Notes: a model not told the origin generated them from the letters alone. A stretch of DNA of 44,442 bases from Candidatus Asgardarchaeum abyssi (GCA_040225955.1 JBECUL010000015.1:1-44442); one strand, 5' to 3'; shown: positions 27,209-37,194, counted from the stretch's first letter. Program-made: numbers and translations.

Positions 27209-30142
27209 TCACTTTAATTTAGATAAGAATTTTCTTATATTATTAATAGAAAAACCTATGACTGCTGTTTTGGTCAACTTATTTAATTCATTTTTTGATA
27301 TCATAGAGAAAAAATCACTAATCCTTGGAACAATTATTATTAGCTTATCATACCCTAATAGATTAGCTGTTTGATTATATTCTCTAATTTTGTTAATAAG
27401 TAATTTTGAGGAATATCCATTTATATTAATAGCTTTAAATAGATATCGTTCATTTATGATTCCATCAAAAGGTCCTCCGATGCTATCATCAACAATTAAC
27501 ATCCTTTCGTGACATAGTTCTATAAACTTTGTTGCCATATACACTTCAATAGGGTCTATATTTATCTCTGGCAAAAACATCAGAGTGACCTTTTCATTTT
27601 CATCATTAAAAAATGACACTTGCTTAATATCTTTGTTATTTATAAGAAATGAGAGAACACTATAGATAGTCTTTTTATCAATGTCCTCTAAAAATTCAAT
27701 CAGACTATTTTCTTCCATGACTATTTCTTTATCTAATATTTTCTTTACCTTTGTTATAATTTGTTGATGCTTTTCTGATATCTTATTAAACTCATACATA
27801 GGAATTAATTTATTGACTTGTGACATGCTTAACGCATTTTTACTTAAAAGATAAGTTACTCTATCAAGTATATAGGGTGGCGGTGGATTATAATTACATG
27901 TTTGGATTTCTGTTTTTGCTGGCTGTTCAAATGATAGAGGGGGGAAAGTATATGAGAAAAATTCAGATGGTTCAGGTGGTTTTATCATAAATGGTTTAGA
28001 TTCTCTAAAGTGAGAAATTATGGCAAAATAAAATGGAATTTCTCTCATGATATTCGCTTCTGTATCTTTAAATCCAAAAAATTTTGCTATTTTGTCAAAA
28101 TCAAAGTCATTTTTAAAGGCCACTTTAATACCAGCATTTGCCAATATATTACTACTAATTATAGGACGTGTAGATATTGCTATTATTCCGATACCGAAAG
28201 ATCGCTCTATATGGATCATATCCTCTACTGTTGAAAAGTCAGCGGATGTTCGTTTATAAAAGATCTCTGGAACTAAAAATTGTGCCTCCTCAATAACTAA
28301 AAGATTTTGTAACGTTGAAAGCCCTCGAGAAAAACTTTCTATAAGTAAAAATTTGACTATTACGTTCATTAAAAATCTAATATCGCGAATAGAACCCTTT
28401 TCACGAATATAGCTCATATCTATAATTACTTTATTTTTTAAGAGATATTCAGGCGTTATACATTTTTCCATATCATCAGTAAATACATTTTTTAGGATAC
28501 CATTATACATTATGTGAAGTCTATTCAATAGTGCTAGGGCGGTTCGTTCAAGAGAATTATTTTTTGTTGCGATATTCTTAATCTCATTTATTAAAGCTTC
28601 AAAGCATCTTTTGCTTTTGTCAACCACAACGTTGTATATTGCTTCGTATAAAACACGTCTCATCTGCGAAGAAAAATCTGTAGACTCGCCTTCAAACATT
28701 TCATGAAATATATCAGTCATAATCGAGTATATTCGCATAGCATGAACTTCAGGAGCCTCTCTGTAAGGTTCAAATAAATTTAACTTAAATGATGATGATT
28801 TATGCCCAGGTGTATATATTTTTACTCCTATCTTTTTGCCCATCTTTTTAAAAACATCTGAATATTCTCCTTTAAAATCAATTATTAACCAATTTATTTG
28901 TGGCTTCTTTCTTACTAATTGAAGTAAGATATTTTTAACGAAAGTTGATTTGCCACTGCCAGTTTGTCCGAGTATTATCATATGATGAGCTAAATCATCC
29001 AAAGATAAATAAGCGTCTGATACATAACTACCCTCAAATACAACCTTACCAATATATATATCACCTTCATATAAGTTCTCTGGAATGGACACAATCTGCG
29101 TTATTTTATTAAAATATTTTGAGAACAATATTCCAGAGGATGATACGAGTGATTGAGCTTCAGTAAAAGAAAGAGAAAGCTCTTTTATTGGCAGGTATAA
29201 AGCTATTCGTTCTATATTCTCTAGAAAATACGTTGATTTCAACTCACCTATATATACGCTATTTTTATCATCATTGAAAAATGTAAGTATGGTTTTAGAC
29301 AACTCTAAATTTGATGCTAAAGATTGTTCATCTTTACTAGTAATAAATGTATATAGAGAGATACTATATTGATTTTTTATTCTTAATTTTGGTATAAAAT
29401 GATTAAATTTTCGTATATTAAAAATAATAAAGCCACGCATGCCTTCCTTAATATAAGTTAATATAAGATTATCCAAGAATTTTAATTCTATTTTTCCACT
29501 GTTACTATCATTGTAAATTTTGATTTTATTTAAATATATTCCACCTAAAAAAATACGCTCCTTACCATTAGAAATTTCAATAATATTTTCACTCTTCACT
29601 TTTAAGCGTAGAGGCTTTATTAAAAATGACTTTTTAATAAGAGATTTTATTTCATTTCCTTTCATTAGATCGAGAGAAAAAGTAGATGTCGTTCTTAAGA
29701 TCGCTAGCACCTTTTCAAACTCTAAAAATGATTTAGGAATTAGATTTTTTTTGTCACGCGAAATAAAATAATGAAATATGAAAAAAGAAAGAACACCATT
29801 TTCTACTTTATAAACAATTGATAATAAAGATGTTCTTCCAATTATTTCAAGAATTTTTTTTATTGCAATATCTATGTTTATATGTGCCCCTTCGCTTTCG
29901 ATTGGAAATGATTTGATTTTTACACCACTAATTGTGATATAATAGGAAATAAATAATTTTTTGACCTTTATTATTAAGGAATACCTGTCAATTCTTACAC
30001 TAAGAATTTTGAATTTTGAGTAAGGGTTTAGCAAATTATTAAATGAAATAATAATGAGTAATGTAAAGATTATGAAGAATAACCAGCTATTTATAAAATG
30101 GCGATATATGATATTAATAATCTCATTAAACATATATGGCAC
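27209..30142 (-). CDS. Membrane-anchored HerA/VirB4/FtsK-superfamily ATPase with C-terminal wHTH and nuclease-like extension
   Basis: N-terminal TM, HMIILGQTGSGKS, IIDFKGEY, LNLF, LVIEEAQ, ERSFGIG, ILANAG. Confidence 0.85.
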   Translation of the reverse strand: MPYMFNEIINIIYRHFINSWLFFIIFTLLIIISFNNLLNPYSKFKILSVRIDRYSLIIKVKKLFISYYITISGVKIKSFPIESEGAHINIDIAIKKILEIIGRTSLLSIVYKVENGVLSFFIFHYFISRDKKNLIPKSFLEFEKVLAILRTTSTFSLDLMKGNEIKSLIKKSFLIKPLRLKVKSENIIEISNGKERIFLGGIYLNKIKIYNDSNSGKIELKFLDNLILTYIKEGMRGFIIFNIRKFNHFIPKLRIKNQYSISLYTFITSKDEQSLASNLELSKTILTFFNDDKNSVYIGELKSTYFLENIERIALYLPIKELSLSFTEAQSLVSSSGILFSKYFNKITQIVSIPENLYEGDIYIGKVVFEGSYVSDAYLSLDDLAHHMIILGQTGSGKSTFVKNILLQLVRKKPQINWLIIDFKGEYSDVFKKMGKKIGVKIYTPGHKSSSFKLNLFEPYREAPEVHAMRIYSIMTDIFHEMFEGESTDFSSQMRRVLYEAIYNVVVDKSKRCFEALINEIKNIATKNNSLERTALALLNRLHIMYNGILKNVFTDDMEKCITPEYLLKNKVIIDMSYIREKGSIRDIRFLMNVIVKFLLIESFSRGLSTLQNLLVIEEAQFLVPEIFYKRTSADFSTVEDMIHIERSFGIGIIAISTRPIISSNILANAGIKVAFKNDFDFDKIAKFFGFKDTEANIMREIPFYFAIISHFRESKPFMIKPPEPSEFFSYTFPPLSFEQPAKTEIQTCNYNPPPPYILDRVTYLLSKNALSMSQVNKLIPMYEFNKISEKHQQIITKVKKILDKEIVMEENSLIEFLEDIDKKTIYSVLSFLINNKDIKQVSFFNDENEKVTLMFLPEINIDPIEVYMATKFIELCHERMLIVDDSIGGPFDGIINERYLFKAININGYSSKLLINKIREYNQTANLLGYDKLIIIVPRISDFFSMISKNELNKLTKTAVIGFSINNIRKFLSKLK

Positions 30143-30201
30143 CTAAAAGTAGATAATTTACCGCCTTTAAAAATACTACATTTAAAGTTAAAGATAGAGA
30201 G

Positions 30202-30720
30202 TTAGTTAATTGAAATAAGAAGGGAATACATAAAAAATAAAAATGGTATATAAGGGATATGAGGAAAATTTGCATACTTTAATTCTTTTTCAGCAACAAT
30301 GATTTTTGAAAAATAATGTAACACAAGGTATAAAGAGGTAGAGAGAAGCCAAAAAAGTGTAACTCTTCTTAAGTAATAAAAATAGAGATTTGCAGAGAAC
30401 CGCCCCACTTTTAAAAGCTCGGTAATTGGGTAAACATAAAAGAGAAATGAAGAAATTTTTGAATCAGCACCACCTAATGCACAGATTTTAAAAAAGAAGA
30501 AGAAAATAAAAAAGAATAATGAAAATGAGAATAAGCATATTAAAGATGTATTATATATAAGTAGAACGAATAATACACCATGTTGAACCGCCTCTATGAA
30601 AATTGTAATAAACGAAATAGTTACTATAATGGCGATTTCTGTATTATTAATAAAACCTTTTACTATATCTACTATGGAGAGAACTAAGAGAGAAAGAACT
30701 AAAAATAATTCAATAATCAT
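30202..30720 (-). CDS. Prepilin peptidase (A24 family)
   Basis: Multi-TM protein with the catalytic Asp motifs SIVDI and LGGADSK, plus a C-terminal IPYIPFL. Confidence 0.85.
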   Translation of the reverse strand: MIIELFLVLSLLVLSIVDIVKGFINNTEIAIIVTISFITIFIEAVQHGVLFVLLIYNTSLICLFSFSLFFFIFFFFFKICALGGADSKISSFLFYVYPITELLKVGRFSANLYFYYLRRVTLFWLLSTSLYLVLHYFSKIIVAEKELKYANFPHIPYIPFLFFMYSLLISIN

Positions 30721-30931
30721 GATATGTGAACCCCTCGGCTTTTACTTTAATATCTTAAAGACATATTTAAAGTGCTTTAAAGTAAATAACAAATTTAATT
30801 CTATAACAAACATAAAAGTTATTTCCTGATAATAAAAAGTAGAACTTTAAAAACCACTCTATATATCATGACATGAAAAAATACATTATAAAATGAAAAA
30901 TTTGTTTTCTAAATAACTGAGGATATGAAAA

Positions 30932-31183
30932 ATGCTTAACTATGAAGTAATTCAAGTTTTATTAACAGTTAATTTTGCATTGCTAATATTAAATGACATA
31001 ACAATAGAGATTATTTCAACAATTATTATTTCGAAAGGGATAATAACTATAAATTTAGTACAATTACTTTTAATTTTGAGTACACCCATAAACCCTATAG
31101 TTTTCATTATGCTTTTAATGTATTTATTATCAGCAACTATCATTGTTTTAACGAAAATAGTTTTATTGCTCGTAGTGAGTTGA
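30932..31183 (+). CDS. Small, highly hydrophobic membrane protein
   Basis: 83 aa, almost entirely I/L/V. Directly upstream of, and in frame with, the next ORF. Confidence 0.5.
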   Translation: MLNYEVIQVLLTVNFALLILNDITIEIISTIIISKGIITINLVQLLLILSTPINPIVFIMLLMYLLSATIIVLTKIVLLLVVS

Positions 31184-31189
31184 TTAAAA

Positions 31190-31615
31190 ATGCATACAAG
31201 TATAGAAAGAATGATAGTTATTATTTTCTCTTTGGTGCTTACAATCTCGTTAGCACTGCCACTATATACAACTACAAACACATTGATTGAAGAAGTCAAA
31301 AAAGAAGAATATCTTAGAGATATTACTGCTATAATAAATTTTACTATATATACTGCATATTATAATGAGGCTATCGTATTGTCAATTATTGAGGGCGTTT
31401 CTGGGTTAGTTATAGAGCAAAAAAACACAACATCATTATCACTCAAAATTACATATAATGACACTATTTTAGAATATGCTGATTTAGTATTCGATTTCAT
31501 GATAGTATTTAGCAATAACTCATATAGAGTAAATATAAATAAGCATCTTATGTGTGTAGCAAAATACATCGATGAGGGTAGATATGTGAGATTCTTTTTG
31601 AGAGAAATTAAATAA
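31190..31615 (+). CDS. Pilin-like protein
   Basis: HTSIE followed by a hydrophobic helix and an amphipathic helix, then a beta-rich domain. Adjacent to the prepilin peptidase. Confidence 0.55.
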   Translation: MHTSIERMIVIIFSLVLTISLALPLYTTTNTLIEEVKKEEYLRDITAIINFTIYTAYYNEAIVLSIIEGVSGLVIEQKNTTSLSLKITYNDTILEYADLVFDFMIVFSNNSYRVNINKHLMCVAKYIDEGRYVRFFLREIK

Positions 31616-32462
31616 CAAACAGTTTTTGCTCTTTTAAACTTTTAAGACTACCTAAAAAGGTCCCATTGTTAAAATAAATTTTAAACGAATCTTGAAATGC
31701 GTTTAATAATTCTGTTAGAGAAAGTCTCTTTTTATTAATTTCTTTATGAGTTTCAGGACCCTCGTATGTCAACAATCTACCGAGAAGATAGTCATTAAAT
31801 GACGGAATAATGTAGATTTTAATTCTTCGCTTCTTATTTTTGAGTTTTCTAATCTTCATATTTTTAATTTTAGAAATGCAGTTTAACTCTTTAAAGAGCA
31901 AATCTATTGGTATATCAGCGAAGAGAAAAACTGGATAACGTTTTGTTATTCCTAATTCAGAAAAATGTACAACTGGATGTATATGAGATGTTATCCATAT
32001 GGAGTATAATATTGCATCCCTAGGAATATAATGACCATGAAAGAGAATAATTGAGTTAAAAAGAGAATAATAATTAGTTATTTTTAGGTTAAATTTCTCA
32101 TTAATATACTTTCCTACATGCGAATCATGATTCCCCTTTACTACTACTATTTTTATATTTTTTTTCAATAATGTGCTTATTAAATATCTTAACAATTCCT
32201 TTTCATATCTACTAAAAGAATATATAGAGTCCTTTAGATCACCTAGTAGAACTAAGGTATTAGGTGCGTAAAAGTCTACTATAGAAATCAAACGATCAAT
32301 TATTCTTCTGGAAAGTTTTGGAACAATAATACCTTGATTACGTAGAGATTTCTCAAACCCCAAGTGTAAATCAGAAATTATAAGATAACCTCCCCTTGTA
32401 TCATCAAGACATTTAATTATTAAGGCTTTCTCTTTAAATAATGGTATAAGATTGATTCTCAT
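31608..32462 (-). CDS. Calcineurin-like metallophosphoesterase
   Basis: SDLHLG, LGDLK, GNHD, HGH, SHIHP, PSFN. Confidence 0.92.
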   Translation of the reverse strand: MRINLIPLFKEKALIIKCLDDTRGGYLIISDLHLGFEKSLRNQGIIVPKLSRRIIDRLISIVDFYAPNTLVLLGDLKDSIYSFSRYEKELLRYLISTLLKKNIKIVVVKGNHDSHVGKYINEKFNLKITNYYSLFNSIILFHGHYIPRDAILYSIWITSHIHPVVHFSELGITKRYPVFLFADIPIDLLFKELNCISKIKNMKIRKLKNKKRRIKIYIIPSFNDYLLGRLLTYEGPETHKEINKKRLSLTELLNAFQDSFKIYFNNGTFLGSLKSLKEQKLFVI

Positions 32463-32520
32463 TAAACCACTTCTAGTCTATCATTTTTATTTGCCTTTAA
32501 CAATTTAATATTAGTATGGA

Positions 32521-32652
32521 TTAAACACTCGTGGATTGCTCTTCATATTCTTCTGAAAGAAACATATACCCTAATACTAGTAGTGTTGCAAGTACGATTA
32601 GAAGTACTAATATTGTATATAATGTGTCCGTAGTTAGCTCTATTTGAAACAT
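32521..32652 (-). CDS. 43-aa single-TM protein, not in the ORF track (OST4-like?)
   Basis: MFQIELTTDTLYTILVLLIVLATLLVLGYMFLSEEYEEQSTSV. GGAGG lies 8 nt upstream, and the ORF fills an operon gap. Confidence 0.75.
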   Translation of the reverse strand: MFQIELTTDTLYTILVLLIVLATLLVLGYMFLSEEYEEQSTSV

Positions 32653-32667
32653 GCTTTCAGCCTCCGT

Positions 32668-33093
32668 TTATTCAAATTTCCTCCATTCAGAAATAAATTT
32701 TTTGTAATAAGAATCAGGTAATTTAAATAATTCATATTGATTTAAACTTTCAGCTAACATTTTTGCAAGTAGATGATAGCAAAAACTTCTATTTTTCCTC
32801 AATGCAACGTTCATCATATAATCAACACAGCTACAATAGTAATTATCAAGAATTAAATAATCTCTTGTTTTACCAACTACAATCCATATCTCTAAACCAC
32901 TAGGCACGAAAATGTATTTTTTTACTTTATCCTCGGTAATTATTTTAAGTGCTTGTAAGAATCTAGACTCATATATTGAGTAAAGCTTCTTAATAGCATC
33001 CTTATCAAGATATCCTAGCTTATGTATTCTTTTAAATATAATACGCCCCTCATCTCTTTTAATAACATCATAAATCTTCTTCAATAAGCACAC
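32668..33093 (-). CDS. SWIM zinc-finger protein
   Basis: WIVVGKTRDY...YCSC...CYHLLA. Confidence 0.88.
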   Translation of the reverse strand: MCLLKKIYDVIKRDEGRIIFKRIHKLGYLDKDAIKKLYSIYESRFLQALKIITEDKVKKYIFVPSGLEIWIVVGKTRDYLILDNYYCSCVDYMMNVALRKNRSFCYHLLAKMLAESLNQYELFKLPDSYYKKFISEWRKFE

Positions 33094-34038
33094 CTAATCA
33101 CTTTTTATGAAATCCTCAAAACTTAAGAGCTCGTAATTCTCTTCGTTGATTTTCCTGATTAGACCAGAATTTGAAAGGAAATCTAATTTTTGCTCTAAAA
33201 TCATGAATATTTCATGATAGGTATAATATGAGAATTTAAATTTTATCAAGTCTGTTATTGAAAATTCCTTTTTCTTGTTGAGTAAAGCCATCGTAAGAAT
33301 ATCTCTATAAATTTCAGCTTGGCTTGAAGTAAGGTTAATTATTTTAATAACCTCGGATAAATGCGAGATTGTTTCTTCTGATTGATAACATAGAAATAGT
33401 GGTATTTTTTTGGAGTATATAGATTCCCCAATTTTTCCTATTTCATAAAGCCAATCATATTCAAATTCTATAAGAGCGTCTGGAAGATAAAAATCTATAA
33501 AGAGTATACCTTGGTAAGCTTTAGACAAAAACTTAAGCAATTCCCAGATTTTGCTATCTAAAATTTTTAAAATTGTATCGATTCTCTGAGAGGGGGGAAG
33601 ATTAATTATTGGAATATCAAGATACTTATTAAGTAACATTAACTTATACGAGGGTATTGTTTTTATAAGTTCGTCTGTGTATTTATGTAGAACGATTTCA
33701 CAAAAGTCATTAAGAGAATCCAAATATGATGTAATAGCATTAAGAGTAGGAAAAAGAGTCTTATTTTTTATTCTCAATCTATATAATAAAGGTTTTAATT
33801 CGGACAATAAACTGGTAAGGGCTGAATAAAAAATACGAATATCAGTAGGTCTTTCATTTGGATATATCTTTAATATCATACGACGCGCGGAAGATTCAGT
33901 GTCCCATCTGATAATCACTTCATTATCACTTTTAGAATGCGGCCACTTGATTGATATACCATTATCTAACACAAATAACTTCCGCGACTTAGAGAGTAAA
34001 TGAGCCATTGCAGGATATGCAACATAAGAATATTGCAT
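33094..34038 (-). CDS. Hypothetical protein, probable C-terminal winged helix
   Basis: 314-aa ORF ending LEQKLDFLSNSGLIRKINEENYEL. AGGTGG SD. Confidence 0.6.
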   Translation of the reverse strand: MQYSYVAYPAMAHLLSKSRKLFVLDNGISIKWPHSKSDNEVIIRWDTESSARRMILKIYPNERPTDIRIFYSALTSLLSELKPLLYRLRIKNKTLFPTLNAITSYLDSLNDFCEIVLHKYTDELIKTIPSYKLMLLNKYLDIPIINLPPSQRIDTILKILDSKIWELLKFLSKAYQGILFIDFYLPDALIEFEYDWLYEIGKIGESIYSKKIPLFLCYQSEETISHLSEVIKIINLTSSQAEIYRDILTMALLNKKKEFSITDLIKFKFSYYTYHEIFMILEQKLDFLSNSGLIRKINEENYELLSFEDFIKSD

Positions 34039-34119
34039 AGGAATTCCACCTACGATATTTATTAGTTGATTAGAAATAAGACTTAAAAGCTTTTTTAGTA
34101 AAAATGTGAGTTAATATTT

Positions 34120-34761
34120 GTGATATATATGGAAACAAGAAAGATGAAAAAAATTCAGAGGGCATATAACGAAACAGCAGTTTTCTATGATGAGAGATAC
34201 TATGATATCCAAATAGAAAAATATAATCATATAATAAATTACTTAATGAAAAAAATTACAGCTTATAAAGAAAATAAAATCGTAATAGCAGATATTGGAT
34301 GTGGTACAGGTATATTTTTAGAATATTTACTTAATATATTACAGAACCGTTTTAGATACATTTTAAAAAGCAAGACTACTAATATAAAGTATATAGGAAT
34401 CGATATCTCTAGTGCAATGTTAAATATTTTTAAAGATAAACTGAAGCAATATAGGAAATGTTTCATTCACGCAATACTATTACTTGGAAATGGAGAACAT
34501 TTGCCTGTAGGGGATCAGTTCTCGGATATCACAGTTTCATTTACAACACTACAAAATGTGGAAAACAGATTACTTTTTATAGAAGAATTACTAAGAATTA
34601 CAAAAAATAATGGTATTTTAGTAATAACTGCTCTGAGAAAGAATATAGACAGGCACTTTCTTGAAACGATAATAAACACGTATAGAAAGGCAAAAATAAT
34701 AAAATATGGCAAGATACTAAATTTTAGAAGAGAAGATATAGGTTTATTTATAGAGTTATAG
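34120..34761 (+). CDS. Class I SAM-dependent methyltransferase
   Basis: ADIGCGTG, GIDISSAML, GEHLP, SFTTLQN. Confidence 0.9.
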   Translation: MIYMETRKMKKIQRAYNETAVFYDERYYDIQIEKYNHIINYLMKKITAYKENKIVIADIGCGTGIFLEYLLNILQNRFRYILKSKTTNIKYIGIDISSAMLNIFKDKLKQYRKCFIHAILLLGNGEHLPVGDQFSDITVSFTTLQNVENRLLFIEELLRITKNNGILVITALRKNIDRHFLETIINTYRKAKIIKYGKILNFRREDIGLFIEL

Positions 34762-34913
34762 AATACATTACGGAATTAATATTTACACTAGAGAAGAATA
34801 TTATTGATTAATACACGTAGCGCGTAAAGTTCTGATAATTATATTACAAGAAGTTTAGGAATATTTTTATATCAAATAAGAAAAAATGGTAACCACTATT
34901 TGGAGGATTCGGA

Positions 34914-35147
34914 ATGTCTGAGACACAACCATTAAATTTGCTAAGAAAATCAATAAATAAAACCGTAATTGTAAAATTAAAAAACGGAAATGAATTTAAA
35001 GGCAAACTCGCTGAAATGGATGCATATATGAATGTGGTTTTAATTAATGCAACGGAAATAGAAAATGATCAAGTTGTGGCTGAGTATAGCAAAATATTTG
35101 TTAGAGGAAACAACATTCTCTTTATCAAACCTGATGTAGAAGAATAA
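34914..35147 (+). CDS. Sm/Lsm protein (SmAP)
   Basis: Sm1 motif KLKNG..FKGKL..MDAYMNVVL and Sm2 motif VRGNNI. GGAGG SD. Confidence 0.96.
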   Translation: MSETQPLNLLRKSINKTVIVKLKNGNEFKGKLAEMDAYMNVVLINATEIENDQVVAEYSKIFVRGNNILFIKPDVEE

Positions 35148-35154
35148 TTAAAGT

Positions 35155-37194
35155 TTAAGATTTCCATCTGTTTTTCCTATACTCTTCGATTATACGTTTT
35201 ATTGTAAGTTCTGCTTCTCTTTTCTGTCGTTCTGTAATTTCCTTTTTTACTCTTTCAATAGCTTTTTTAAATTCAATAGCTGGAATAATACCAAAATTTT
35301 TAAAGAACTTAATATTCTTAAGTTCCGAGGATAAAATTACTGGTATTCCAGCGTTAATTAATTTATCAAAAGCTATATGTGCCATAGGCGTCTCACTTAT
35401 AATAGCTTTTATTTTTAATGAGATAAGATAGTCAGCAAGTGTTTTACCGCCACCGCTTCCATCTTTAAAGTAAAGAATATCTTCAGGAAATATTCCTAAG
35501 TTGCTTTGATAATTTAAAATATGATCCATAGTGAATTTTTCAATAACTTTAAACACAATAATATTTGGATTTTTTTCAAACTCATAAACTTTAAGGAGGT
35601 TTGTTAATCTTTCAGTAAGAAGATCTATTTGTTTTCTAAGATTTTTATTTTCTTCTCTAAGCGATTCTAATAATGTATTTGTTAATTCACTTTCGTATGT
35701 TACTTTTTTGTTTTCCTTAACTCTTTTAATTTGTTCATCCATCTCTAAAATTATACTTTTAAGATTCTTGATTTCAAGCCTTAGCCTCTCATTTTCACGC
35801 TCTAAAAAACTTATATGTTCTTGAAGTTTACTTATTTGATCTAAAAGTGATTTATCAAATGAGCTTATAATATTCTTATCTGCTGACAACTTTACATTTT
35901 CTTGACTTGGTTTTTGTTCCTCAGCATCAGTCTTTGTTAACATCTCTCTAATAGCAGATATTATAGATTTACCACGAATCACATCAGCTTTTATTTTCTG
36001 TTTATAATGTAGTGGAATTTTTTCAGACTTTATGAGAGCCTCTATTTTATCCAACTTTGGTTTATAATGGTAAAAGGCTTTTATCGCAGCTGACAGAGCA
36101 TCGCGCTCATGAGCAGTATTTACAGAAAATTGAGATTTTGTGGATAAGAAATTCTCAACAAGCGCTCTTTTTTCATTAACAGTTAGATTTCTTTCTGGAT
36201 AAAAAATAGGAATTTGAAGAGTTGAAGCAAGTTTATTAACAAAATCAGGTGGAGGATTTACATCACTAGCAATTAAGATGGGTATTCCAATTTCAGTAAT
36301 TACACGGATTATTTCACTCCTAGACCACTCTTTATGACTATTTAGATAGACTAGATTTCCATCTAAGTCTAAACATGCTAAACCTGTCGTAGTACCAGGA
36401 TCCACACCGACTATAATATACCTCTGACTTAGCGTTTTCCCACCCTTCTTATCATCTCTAAGAGGAAGGAACATCATATAGGGAGAAACATTTTTCTCTA
36501 TTTTTATTTTAACATCAGCATTACTTATAATTTCTTTTTTAATAATAGCTCTTACATCCGAAATTGGGGCGTATATATCAAAAATAACTTTTTTATAACC
36601 AAACTCGGTTTCGTAAACAATTTTGTCAAAGTCAATATTATTTTCTTTAAGAGCATTTTCTATTCTTTTGGCGATCTCTTTCACTTTCACTTGAAAAAGT
36701 CTTTGATACCTTGCTTGACTCCAGCCCCCCTTTCCAGGGTGACGAGCTCTTGTGATGACTACCCTAGTATTATAATTTATTACTAAAGAAAAACCAACCT
36801 TCTTCTTTGCTAATTTAGCACAAAAATAGGCAGTTTCTATGGACGTTGGCTTATGGTCGATCTTTACATTAAATTTCTTTTTTATTATAGAAACTATTGA
36901 TTCATAAGTATAGCCAGGTGCGCCAGTTATTTGGACGAGTTTTGTATCCTCAGGAATGTTCTGTAAGAAATATAAAAGTTCTTTTTGACTACCAAACTCG
37001 GAAAAATTGTCTATAGCAACTATTTTTGGTCTATATTTTCTTATAGCAAGTATAACAAATTTTAATGGTATCCCTTCCTTACCATAAATAACTTTATTGG
37101 TGCGATCGTCAATAATTATAAGTGAGAATAGATTTTTAAAGAGAGGATGCGAGTGTTCTTGCGTAGAATGATAATCTAATCCAGCAATAAACAA
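35155..37194 (-). CDS. DUF460 (COG2433) RNase H-fold plus coiled-coil protein
   Basis: VAIDN, LVQITG, GKGGWSQARY, IVGVDPGTTTGLA, HERDAL. Confidence 0.9.
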   Translation of the reverse strand: MFIAGLDYHSTQEHSHPLFKNLFSLIIIDDRTNKVIYGKEGIPLKFVILAIRKYRPKIVAIDNFSEFGSQKELLYFLQNIPEDTKLVQITGAPGYTYESIVSIIKKKFNVKIDHKPTSIETAYFCAKLAKKKVGFSLVINYNTRVVITRARHPGKGGWSQARYQRLFQVKVKEIAKRIENALKENNIDFDKIVYETEFGYKKVIFDIYAPISDVRAIIKKEIISNADVKIKIEKNVSPYMMFLPLRDDKKGGKTLSQRYIIVGVDPGTTTGLACLDLDGNLVYLNSHKEWSRSEIIRVITEIGIPILIASDVNPPPDFVNKLASTLQIPIFYPERNLTVNEKRALVENFLSTKSQFSVNTAHERDALSAAIKAFYHYKPKLDKIEALIKSEKIPLHYKQKIKADVIRGKSIISAIREMLTKTDAEEQKPSQENVKLSADKNIISSFDKSLLDQISKLQEHISFLERENERLRLEIKNLKSIILEMDEQIKRVKENKKVTYESELTNTLLESLREENKNLRKQIDLLTERLTNLLKVYEFEKNPNIIVFKVIEKFTMDHILNYQSNLGIFPEDILYFKDGSGGGKTLADYLISLKIKAIISETPMAHIAFDKLINAGIPVILSSELKNIKFFKNFGIIPAIEFKKAIERVKKEITERQKREAELTIKRIIEEYRKNRWKS

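Noticed and set aside
31181-31183. Selenocysteine TGA between the two in-frame ORFs
   Set aside because: No redox motif context or recognisable SECIS, and an ATG follows 6 nt later.
26529-31615. Integrated mobile element at the tRNA genes
   Set aside because: No integrase or duplicated tRNA fragment was seen, and the ATPase locus lies on the 5' side of the tRNAs.
31608-32462. Mre11
   Set aside because: It is too short, its motif spacing fits the stand-alone phosphoesterase family, and there is no rad50 neighbour.
34804-34835. C/D box sRNA upstream of the Lsm gene (TTGATTA...CTGA)
   Set aside because: The C box is imperfect, the spacing is too short for C'/D' boxes, and no target was recognised.
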